DNA of 64,000 nucleotides from Oculina patagonica. Lineage: Eukaryota. Below are positions 40,396 through 51,340 of the stretch, one piece after another; the stretch's first letter is position 1; each line of letters opens with the position of its first letter. The position numbers were made by a program, and so were the translations under genes. The stretch is from NCBI RefSeq assembly GCF_052425735.1, contig NC_135763.1:23498001-23562000 (forward strand). Direction: 5' to 3'. The notes beneath the pieces are model-generated. The model saw only the letters and a list, made by a program, of their open reading frames with translations, did no database searches and was not told the origin of the DNA.

Positions 40396-41487
40396 AAGAC
40401 TTAAACGTTGCCTTCATGGGCTGAACCACTCACATTCTCGATTAGTTGTGTCATATCTCATTTGAGATACTCACGCATAAAAATAATTGTTATATAACGT
40501 TTATACATGTGACAAGTCACGTTTTTAACACGAGATCGTAAGTGTTGACGCAATACTAATGAGAGACCCTTTCATCACCTACAGCGGAATATGTGACAAG
40601 TCACGTCTTTAACACGAGCTCGCAAGTGTTGACGCAATAATAATAAGAGACCCTTTCATCGCCCACTGAGCGGAAAGAAATCCCTTGAGAAATTAAAACA
40701 GTCCCTTGAGAAATTAAAAATGTCCCTTGAGAGTTTACAAATATGTGGTTCCAAATTTTGTCCACATAACCCCTATTCTCCTACTTTAGCTTGTAAACAA
40801 GCAAATTAGTCGAAAAAATGACTCAACAACTTGAAATAGTCTGCATTCATCTTGTCAATGCTTAGTGGCCGAAGGGAATTTAGTATATTATAGAGTCTCA
40901 CAAAACTGTATGCAGAGAGAAGTCGAATCTGTTAAGCAAAGCAGCTGAGTTGACACATCACAACTCGGTGTCGTCACCGTGGCGAATTGCAGCGTCTGTT
41001 TCCTAGAAAACAAACCACTACACAGCTTTCTAATTTTCTGATAAGTATAGCTTTAGTCATATATTTTGCTACTGATACTTCGAATAAATAGTTACAACTT
41101 CACTTACCTTGGAGAAAACTGCGAAAAATATTCGAAATAAGCGAAGGCAAAGGAACAAAGAAAGCACACACGAAACTCCGCACACCTTAAGTGTTTTTAG
41201 TTTTCCTGGCGGGGAAAACTGCCCCTCTGTCCCCCGGCCCTGTTGTCGACCCTCGTTACTTTTGCAGATTTCGGAATAAACAGTCATTTTTCCCAAACGG
41301 CATTTTCGGCGGTGTGTTAATCAAAGTGTTTAAACGAGTTCTTATAGACAAGAGAGACCTGGGTAATAATGTTTGATTAATGATCACATAAGACAATTAT
41401 GACTTTCCATAGTTGACCATGTGAAAAGCATAAACCATGAACGATGAGACCGAATGGCATTCTAGGTAGAGAGCATTGGTAAGCGGA

Positions 41488-41987
41488 NNNNNNNNNNNNN
41501 NNNNNNNNNNNNNNNNNNNNNNNNNNNNNNNNNNNNNNNNNNNNNNNNNNNNNNNNNNNNNNNNNNNNNNNNNNNNNNNNNNNNNNNNNNNNNNNNNNNN
41601 NNNNNNNNNNNNNNNNNNNNNNNNNNNNNNNNNNNNNNNNNNNNNNNNNNNNNNNNNNNNNNNNNNNNNNNNNNNNNNNNNNNNNNNNNNNNNNNNNNNN
41701 NNNNNNNNNNNNNNNNNNNNNNNNNNNNNNNNNNNNNNNNNNNNNNNNNNNNNNNNNNNNNNNNNNNNNNNNNNNNNNNNNNNNNNNNNNNNNNNNNNNN
41801 NNNNNNNNNNNNNNNNNNNNNNNNNNNNNNNNNNNNNNNNNNNNNNNNNNNNNNNNNNNNNNNNNNNNNNNNNNNNNNNNNNNNNNNNNNNNNNNNNNNN
41901 NNNNNNNNNNNNNNNNNNNNNNNNNNNNNNNNNNNNNNNNNNNNNNNNNNNNNNNNNNNNNNNNNNNNNNNNNNNNNNNNNNNNNNN
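41488..41987. other. Assembly gap (500 N)
   Basis: Run of N. Confidence 1.
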
Positions 41988-42808
41988 TCTTGATGGCGCT
42001 TCACCTTGTTGGAGTTTTGTTTAACATACGAATGTTGGCAAGCTGCTTCAAAGACAAGGCGAAATACACAATTCTTCAAAAATGCAGGCCAGTCATGATA
42101 ACTCAGTGCATTCTTCATCTCTCTCTTCTCGCGTTGAATGCCAACGAAGTTACAAAAACGTTCAGTAGCGAACAGGGACATGAATGGTGTGGAACTACCA
42201 GCGTTCTGATGACTTCAGTGGGTTTTCTTATGATTTACAACCTGTTGGCGATTCTAGCTATAGAAGATCACACAATAGTCGGCCTTAAGCGCGAGGTTTC
42301 TACCAAAGTAGCCATGTTAGGAACATTAATTGCCGGGGTAATAAGCTGTGGGATGTTATTATGGGCCGGCGCTGTCTCGACGTCAGAACTCTGCGTGTCT
42401 TACCTAGCTTCAAGCATTGCCTGCACACTGATGATGTTTCTACTGTTATTGTTAGCCTTCAGGATTTGTACGAAAATCGCTCACGACTCAGCCAAGACAT
42501 CAACGGATGAAACGTCCCTTTGGCTCAGTATCTTGAGCAAAAACAAGATGGCTGTATTTTTGACAGTGTTTTGCATTGTTTTCGAGGTATTAAGCATCGT
42601 GTTTACCAGCATTCGTGCTCAAGAAAGCATTGCACAGTTTCAAGAATCCAGATTCTTCCAAAAGGTTTTTTATCTAAACATAATTTGGTTTGCAGTAGGA
42701 ATAGCTCTTCCTGTAATTTGTCGACAGTTTATTGATTCAAACGCGGCTAATGCCAAAGAAATCACTGACGAAAATCGTTACAGTGCGAATATAACAATTT
42801 CAGTGTAA
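41988..42808 (+). CDS. Atypical class A 7TM receptor, copy 3 (first ~6 codons lost in the gap)
   Basis: Sequence resumes at tcttgatggcg (codons 7-8 of the paralogs); ORF intact to TAA. Confidence 0.72.
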
Positions 42809-43687
42809 AATTTTAAGAAATTTGAATATTTATTATATTCATTCAGGGACCAAAAATCTGGTACAGTGCGAATATAACGATTTCAATGTATAATAACCGT
42901 AAATCCACTAATAGTAGCCTAGCCTTTCCAAAATGTACTGTACTAGCCATGAAAATTGTTAAATAGTGGTGTGGTTGGACTGGAAGGAAAGGAGTGGCCT
43001 ATAATGAATGAAATACTTTATTATAGTGTCGAGGTATTTAGCTTAACAAAACTAATTGGGGACACTATTTACATTACAATATATCTAAGCTATTTAAAGT
43101 TAAAATATTTACACTTAAATTCTAAGAAAAAAAGAACCGTACTACATAGATAAATAAATAAATAAATAAATAAATGAATGAATAAATAAATAAATAAATG
43201 ACAATAGAATATAAAATTTTATAATAAAAGTAGGGAGTAAAAGTAGGTGAAAGATCCTAGCTGCATATGTCACATTTACACTCAGTTTGTATAAGACGTG
43301 TGAGGTCTTTTCTCCCAATACTGTTTTTAAAACTCGTGACATTAGGTTTCTCTCTATCACTGTAGTCTAGTTTGTTCCATAGATAAGGCCCGTAATATCG
43401 TAAAGACCTCAAATGACAATAACTAGTATTAATAACTAGTATTAATTGGAAATAAGTGGAGTGCGTTCGGAAGGGTGGGGTGATTTGGGGGCGGGTGGGG
43501 GGGGGGGGGGGGAGGAGGCAGGGAAAGCCGTAGGTAGGGAGTGGGAAGCATGATATTATGTTTTCATTTTTTCTTGATATTTGAGGTCTGTCCATACAGA
43601 AAATGTATGACATTGCTGAAGCTTATGAAACCAGGCTGATCTTCTTGTACCAACCCATCTTTCTAATGCATAAGAGAAGAATACCGG

Positions 43688-44041
43688 TACTAGGTTGATA
43701 TGTGACACGCGTCCTGCATAGATTTTTTCTTTGTTCACGCTCGTGTCATGTTGAATAATTTCTTCACCATTTATCACCGAGCTTGAAATTTACCATCTTT
43801 ATTATTTACTACACATTTGATGAATTTGACATTGCTGATCCCAGCAGTATGCAGGACGCGTGTCACATATCAACCTAGTAAATGGCCTAAGCTCACAACG
43901 AGTCTCTCGTAGCTCAGTTGGTTAGAGCGCCCAACCGGTATCTGGGAGGCCATTTGGGTTCAATTCCCGTCGGGGACTCAGATTTTTTCTTTGTCCCACG
44001 CTCGTGTCACGTTGAATAATTTCTTCACTATTTATCACCGA
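43688..44041 (+). mobile_element. tRNA-derived ~260-bp repeat (about 1.2 monomers) with a 33-bp inverted head; second copy at ~54354-54707
   Basis: tRNA-like segment 43900-43980 (tagctcagttggttagagc A-box, ggttcaattccc B-box). Direct repeat 43720-43780 / 43980-44041. 43688-43720 is the exact reverse complement of 43848-43880. Confidence 0.8.
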
Positions 44042-44373
44042 TTTTTTACTAAGCATTTTCATTTCAAGCCTTTTTTGACAGTTGTCAATCAAAAAGGCGA
44101 AATTAATAAAGCGGAAAAAGTCGATATTTTTTTGTTTTGATGAGAACGTTGTCACGAAAGCTTTGTTTATACGCGTTATCGAAATCGAATGTTTACACAC
44201 GTGCGAAAGACATTTAAAAGAGAGACAATGGATTGAACATTTGATTGACATTTTTACCTCGTGATCAATTATCGATGTCTAGGTTTAAATAACTTTGTAG
44301 ATAGTTTTTATGATCAGTGTGTGATTAAACGAATTGAAAGAACTACGAGTGTGTTCATAACTTTACGATATAC

Positions 44374-44391
44374 TGGCGCCCAACGTGGGGC
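44374..44391 (+). promoter_or_regulatory. Primer binding site complementary to the tRNA-Lys(CUU) (Lys1,2) 3' end; second copy at 55040-55057
   Basis: 18-nt TGGCGCCCAACGTGGGGC, 3 nt after the 5' LTR; matches the known tRNA-Lys1,2 PBS. Confidence 0.9.
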
Positions 44392-44421
44392 CGTTTTAGC
44401 CCTAGACCGATCACAACTACG

Positions 44422-47400
44422 ATGTCCGCGGACGCAAAAGAAAGGTTAAGTCGACTCTTGGCCATTAGAGGTGGGCATCGTGGAACCTTAACCCGATTTG
44501 AAAAAGAAGTTCACGACCTTCTCAAACAACCACCGAACGAAGTTGATGTAAACCGACTGGAAGTTATCGATAAACAACTGGAAGGAAAGCTAGCGAAATT
44601 AGATGGTCTTGACAAAGACATTCAATCACTCTGCGATCTGGAAAAGCTAGAAAAGGAAATCGAAGAATCCGAAAATGTAACGACGAGAATTTTGGATTGC
44701 AGATCACGAATCAACGTATGGAAGGTAAAGCAACAAACGACAACAAGCCATAACGCAACCGAGCAAACAACGCCCCCTATCTCACCGACGACTTCGAGTT
44801 TTACCCAGAAACAAGTGAAACCGAGACTTCCCAAACTAACACTTCCACGATTTAAAGGAGACATTACTCGATGGAACACGTTCTGGGATTCATTTAATTC
44901 TGCGATCCATTCAAATACGGAGATTTCAGACGTCGACAAGTTTAGTTACCTCAAGTCGCTTCTCGATGGCCCCGCTTCTCGTGCCATACAAGGGTTAAAT
45001 TTGACAAACGGCAACTACACTTCTGCCGTAGAGTTGCTCAAAGAAAGATTCGGTAAACCCCAACAAATCATCAGTGCGCATATGGATGAGCTCCTGAAAA
45101 TACATACCGCAAACGACAAGCCGCACTCCTTGCGAATCATCTACGACAAGATCAGTGTACACACAAGAGGCTTGGCGTCACTGGGAGTTTCATCGAAAGA
45201 ATATGGAAGCCTTCTTATACCCGTCATTATGTCGAAATTACCGAGTGAAATTCGAATTGAAATCGCACGCAAGTCTAGTGACGACGTTTGGAAAATCGAA
45301 GAGCTATTGGAAATAATCAAGAAGGAATTGGAGGCCAGAGAAGCAAGCGAAGAGATAAAGGCCAGTGATTTTACTCGAAAACCGACGCTACCGAACCACA
45401 CCCCGTACAAGATTCCAGGAACGCCCACATCTTCAACATTCCTGTCCAACCAAGGCTCGCAAGGCGGCGGAAAATTCACCATTCGTTGTGCATATTGCGA
45501 AGAATTTCATTATTCTGCCTCGTGTCCGAACGTCGTTGACCCCGTAAAGCGAAAGGAAATTCTGCAACGAAAACACCGATGTTTTATCTGTCTAAAGGTT
45601 GGACATCGTAGCAGCGAGTGCCAGACAACCAAAACATGTCGCCATTGTAACAAACGTCACCATCAGTCCATCTGCGATCATCAAGGCTCACCGAATCAAG
45701 AAATCAGCACTACTTCTATCGCAAACGACCAATCCGAGAATTCCCAAGTAACCACGGCGGCAACATTTCGAAAGCAAGGAACGGTGCTACTTCAAACAGC
45801 AACAGCAGTGGCCACCAACGAAAACGGTACAAAAACAACAAAGGCAAGAATTCTGTTTGATAGTGGTAGCCATCGATCTTACGTTACTAACGATTTGAAA
45901 GCACGATTAAATCTTAAGTCCTGCAAAACCGAGATGCTGAATTTGAACACTTTCGGGGAGCAGAAATATCGAAAGCAAACATGCGACTTGGTGAAGATTC
46001 GACTCAATAAACCTGGCCTCAACGAAGAAGTGGAAATCTCCGCGTTAAGTTTTCCTGTCATATGTTCCTCTTTGCAAAGCAAGGTGGATATCAACAAGTT
46101 TCCCCAACTCGAGACCCTGCAGTTAGCCGACGAATTCAACGATGGAAATAACAACTCGATAGATGTTCTTATTGGCTCAGACCATTATTGGAACATTGTG
46201 CATGGAGAAACGATTCGATGCGAATCTGGCCCTACTGCGATTAGTAGCAAACTAGGATGGCTTTTGTCCGGTCCAGGTGGAGAGTCGGTTGGTAACGCTA
46301 CCGTATCCAATCTTGTAATTACAGGAGAAAGGGCTGATCATCCCTTCTACACGAATGAACACGACCAGCAGGTGAACACTCTGAAGGATTTCTGGGAAAC
46401 CGAATCGATTGGCATTAAAGCGGAACAAGTTGAAGAATCGACCGGAAATTCGTTCATCAAGGATCTGAGCTACGATGGAAAACGTTATGTCGTTGGTCTA
46501 CCCTGGAAAGAAGAGAGAGAGGCGAATCCTAGTGAATACCAATTGAGCCGCAATCGTTTGAATTCATTGCATCACAAGTTAAGACGAGATCAAGAGTTGC
46601 TAAAGGAATACGATAAAATCATCAAGGAACAGTTGCAATTAGGAATCATTGAAGAAGTTAAGCCCGAAACCGACGACAAATTCAGCGAAACCGTGCATTA
46701 TTTGCCCCATCACGCAGTTCTCCGCCGAGATAGAGAAACAACCAAAGTCCGAGTTGTCTACGATGGCTCAGCAAAGTCGCCTGGAAACAAGTACTCCTTA
46801 AACGACTGCTTAGAAGTTGGACCAAACCTCATTCCGCAATTATTCGATGTCCTCGTAAAGTTCAGGTCAGACCCAATTGCCTTAACTGCCGATATCGAGA
46901 AAGCCTTCCTCATGGTCTCAATGAACGAAGCAAGCAAGGACATGCTGCGATTCCTGTGGTTCAAAAACCCGAGCGAAATTACTCCCGAGGTCATTCAGCT
47001 TCGATTCTGCAGATTGGTGTTTGGTCTGAGACCTTCTTCTGCGATACTTGGTTCTACCATTCGTCATCACTTGGATTCATGCGAGAAATTAAATCCCGAG
47101 CTGAGCTACGTGATCAATTTGCTCAGAGAGCGCTTGTACGTAGATGACTTCCTAGGAGGAGCCGATTCAATAAAGAAAGCACAAGAAATCTACGAAAACT
47201 CGAAAGAAATCATGTCTAAAGGGGGATTCAATTTACGAAAGTGGAATTCCAACAGTGAAGAAGTACTCGACATCATCAATTCCAAAGATAAATCTCTGGC
47301 ATCATGCACGACGAAGACCGACCCGACAGCCGAATTTTCACAAGATGACGAGTCCTACGCTAAGTCAACAGTTGGCCCAGCAGATAATCAAGGTGACAAG

Positions 47401-49998
47401 CTCGTTAAAGTCCTTGGCGTGAATTGGAACACCAAAGGCGACGAATTCCTCTTCAACTTCACAGAATTGATCAAGCTTGCAAACACATTGTCAGTCACAA
47501 AAAGGTCACTATTGAAGATTAGTGCCAAGATTTTCGACCCGCTGGGTTTTCTTAGCCCTTACGTAATACGACTAAAGGTCATGTTCCAGGAACTGTGCGC
47601 TGAAAAAATCGATTGGGACCAAGAGCTACATGGAAATTGGCTATCGAAGTGGAACTTATTCCTGTCCGAACTGGAATCGTTGAACAAGATTCGTATCCCC
47701 CGATATTATTTCATCGCAAATGCAAAACCGAATTCCATCGAGTTACATGGCTTTAGCGACGCGTCAAAACAGGCATACGCAGCAGTTGTTTATCTCAGAT
47801 CGTCCTACGATGATGGACGTGTCGCGGTCCGATTGTTGTGTTCCAAAACAAGAGTTGCCCCTGTCAAACAGCAGTCAATTCCTCGCCTTGAGTTGTTGGG
47901 GGCCTGTATTCTAGCGAGATTAATGAACACTGTTCAGGATTCTCTACCCGAAGAAATCAGGAAATTCTACTGGACCGACTCTAAAACTACACTCTGTTGG
48001 ATCACGAATGAGAAACCATGGAAACAGTACGTAAATCATCGAGTTGCTGAAATCCGACGATTGACATCCAAAGAAGAATGGAGGCATTGCCCTGGCTCAT
48101 TAAATCCCGCTGACTTGCCCTCGCGTGGAATGACTGGCCGCGAAATGGTCAACTGTTCAACCTGGTGGGAGGGACCTGAATTTCTCCAGCTGCCTGAGAA
48201 CGATTGGCCTCACGGTCAATCAGTTACAGAAACCAATAACGATGCATGGTTGGAACTCGTGAAAAACCCACCCGAAGTAACGCACGTGTTAACCGCCTCT
48301 GAGGGAAAACCCGCGTCGATTAATCTTACCGAAATTATCAAGTGTGAAGAGTTCAGCACTCGCGACACTCTGTTACGCGTGACTGCGTACGTGATGCGTT
48401 TTATCAACAATGCCAGACGCAAGGTCAAACACAAAGCCAATAGCCAAGATGAAATTCCTGAAGTGCGCGGAAACGAACAGCTTTGCGCCGACGAAATCAA
48501 CCTTGCCGAGACCAACTGGATAAGAACAATCCAAGCCAACTCATTTGCCAGTGAAATCTAATTTTTACGAAATGGAAATCAACCGAAGCCCCTGCGAGTG
48601 GAACAATTCTCATTGTTTCTCGACGAAAACCAAATGTTGCGTTGTCGCGGACGAATTAACAACTCTTCCTTACCTCTACCAACCAAGAATCCGATCCTGT
48701 TGCCTTCAAGTCATCCTTTCGTCGATTTGCTCATTCGTCACACACACGAACGCGTAAAACACAGTGCAGTGACTAACACGCTAACGACACTTCGAGAACG
48801 CTTTTGGATTTTAAAGGGACGTCAAGCCGTGAAGCGTTTTTTGAAGCGTTGCGTGACTTGCCGTAAACTTGAAGGACTTCCATACTCCTCGTACAATTCA
48901 CCAGATCTCCCAAGCTTTCGAGTATCGGACGATCCACCGTTCACTCACACTGGATTGGACTTTGCTGGACCCTTATACATCCGCACCGAAGGAAATCAAG
49001 ATAAAGAGAACAGCAAATGCTACATCTGTTTATTCACTTGCGCATCAACGAGAGCTGTTCACCTAGAGTTAGTACGAAGTCTGACCGTTCAGTCGTTTTT
49101 ACTAGCCTTTCGACGATTTACCAGCCGCAAAGGATTACCGGCTACGTTGATATCAGACAACGCAAAAACATTCAAGGGAGCGTCCCGAGAAGTAAAAAAA
49201 ATCGCTCGATCGAAAGAAGTTATGGTCCATCTGGCAAGCAATGGAATATCATGGAAATTCATTGTCGTGAAGGCTCCTTGGTGGGGTGGTTTTTGGGAGC
49301 GACTGATCCAGAGCGTCAAACGGTGTCTAAAGAAGTGCATTGGAAGATCGATCCTGAACTACGACGAATTAGAAACCCTTTTGGATGAGGTGGAGGCAGT
49401 CATAAATTCGAGACCGTTAACGTACGTGGAAGACGATCAGGATGGCGTGACATATACCTTGTGTCCTTCGCATTTGATCAATGGTCGACGTATCACCAGC
49501 ACGCCTAATGGTGGGCACTTTGAAGTAATCAGCACGAATTCATCTCTAACCCGAAGAGCGAAGCACCACCGTCATCTTCTCCATCAATTTACCACCCAGT
49601 GGAGAAAGACGTACCTGCTGAATCTACGAGAAAACAATGCCCTGAAGTCCAGGGTTCGAAGTGGGCCCGAAATTGCTGTTGGCGACATAGTGATTTTAAA
49701 GAACGATTCATCCAACCGGATGTTTTGGAAACTGGCGAAAGTCGAGGAGCTGCTACCGGGAAGAGATGGCCTCGTGAGATCTGCAGTCGTAAAGGTCGCG
49801 AACAGTGACAAAAGGCCTCGTCTGATGAGACGAAGTGTAAAACATTTGTTCCCTATTGAAGTCAGCGCGAAAGACGACGACAATCCAATTGGAGAAACAG
49901 CGAACACGCCTTCTGTGGAGTCCTCCACAACTCGGAACGATAGGCCACGTCGTAATGCGGCGATCATGGCAGACATTTTACGAAAGTCTCAGTTTTAA
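44422..49998 (+). pseudogene. BEL/Pao Gag-Pol (gag with 3 CCHC knuckles, protease, RT, RNase H, integrase) with one in-frame TAA at 48559-48561
   Basis: PKLTLPRFKGD..W..FWDSF; CAYC/CFIC/CRHC knuckles; LFDSGS; YVDD; GFSDAS; NPADLPSRG; H..H..CVTC; GLDFAGP/ISDNA/GFWERL. The 1379-aa and 466-aa ORFs share a frame (offset 4176 nt). Confidence 0.93.
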
Positions 49999-51223
49999 AT
50001 ATTTCTTATTTTGTTTGTTTATATGCGTTTTGTTATGTTGCTCACCGGATGTGAAGCAACCTCGGGGAGTGTCACGAAAGCTTTGTTTATACGCGTTATC
50101 GAAATCGAATGTTTACACACGTGCGAAAGACATTTAAAAGAGAGACAATGGATTGAACATTTGATTGACATTTTTACCTCGTGATCAATTATCGATGTCT
50201 AGGTTTAAATAACTTTGTAGATAGTTTTATGATCAGTGTGTGATTAAACGAATTGAAAGAACTACGAGTGTGTTCATAACTTTACGATAAACGTCGAAAA
50301 GCTGAAAAAACTCGAGAAATTTCTCATTTTGACTTTTTCGCGATAAGTGAATTAACAGAATTACTTGAGAATATCGACTTAAGCAATACCCGAGAGAAAT
50401 CCTAAAAATAGTCCACTTTATCTGAAAAAACTGGCACTTATTTCAGGTTTTTTAAAACACAAGTGAAATCGACAAAAAGGGTGTCGTTTTTGCGTGTAAA
50501 TCACAATTCAAAAAGTTAATTTTCGTGGAGTTTTGCAGTTTCTAGATCAAGGTTTTATTGAAAAGTAGAATTGCCGAAAGCGTTCACTGATTCCACAACA
50601 CAGCTTTCTGATTTTTCTGACAAGTAGCTTTAGTCATATATTTTGCTACTGATACTTCGAATAAATAGTTACAACTTCACTTACCTTGGAGAAAACTGCG
50701 AAAAATATTCGAAATAAGCGAAGGCAAAGGAACAAAGAAAGCACACACGAAAGCACAGTCGAAAGTACTGATGGATTACCAGCATTGAGCCTTTTATCTT
50801 TTTACCGCTGTTGTTGTGTTGGCGGGAACTTTACACGAACGGGCACTATTTTATCGAATTTCGGTGGCGCACTAAAACTCTACCGCCCTGGATAAAACCC
50901 TGTTATGCTTTCCATGTTATTTTCGGTATTTTAAACATTTCTTCAAGCAAAACAAGTTTGTACGATTCCAAATTCGACGCCATATTGTACTGCATGGGAT
51001 CGAGGCTACGGAGAACTCGTTTAAACACTTTGACTAATGATCACATAAGACAGTTATGACTTTCCATAGTTGACCATGTGAAAAGCATAAACCATGAACG
51101 ATGAGACCGAATGGCATTCTAAATAGAGAGCATTGGTAAGCTTAGTAATATTGTTCATCGTGGTGTAAGATAGGTAATGAACGTTTATTCGTTTGTCTCA
51201 CGATAGAATCGCTTTGAGATGTT

Positions 51224-51269
51224 GATCGCGACGTTTCGACTGCAATACTGCTAGTCTTCATCAGGCGAT
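51224..51269 (-). ncRNA. Minimal type I hammerhead ribozyme (antisense arm)
   Basis: Reverse complement of the + strand ribozyme: AUCGC-CUGAUGA-AGACUAGCAGUAUUGCAGUC-GAAA-CGUC-GCGAUC. Confidence 0.78.
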
Positions 51270-51293
51270 GCCTTTGCCTCGCAGTATGGCTCT

Positions 51294-51340
51294 GATCGCC
51301 TGATGAAGACTAGCAGTATTGCAGTCGAAACGTCGCGATC
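51294..51340 (+). ncRNA. Minimal type I hammerhead ribozyme (Penelope-like element type)
   Basis: Stem I GAUCGC/GCGAUC; core CUGAUGA (51300-51306); stem II GACU..GCA-GUAU-UGC..AGUC; GAAA (51327-51330); palindromic ACGU mini stem III; predicted cleavage after GUC at 51334. Confidence 0.82.

Larger units (their letters stand above)
44150..50289 (+). mobile_element. Full-length BEL/Pao LTR retrotransposon, copy A
   Basis: LTRs 44150-44370 and 50070-50289 (I see only a one-T difference). 5-bp TSD AACGT. PBS TGGCGCCCAACGTGGGGC at 44374-44391; short PPT GGGGAG at 50064-50069. Confidence 0.97.

Noticed and set aside
43900-43980. Functional tRNA gene
   Set aside because: Anticodon arm and variable region are irregular and it is embedded in a multimeric repeat; treated as tRNA-derived.
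44622-49976. Many short antisense and alternate-frame ORFs within the retrotransposon
   Set aside because: Shadows of gag-pol; no env-like or other coherent extra gene, and only ~70 bp separate pol from the 3' LTR.
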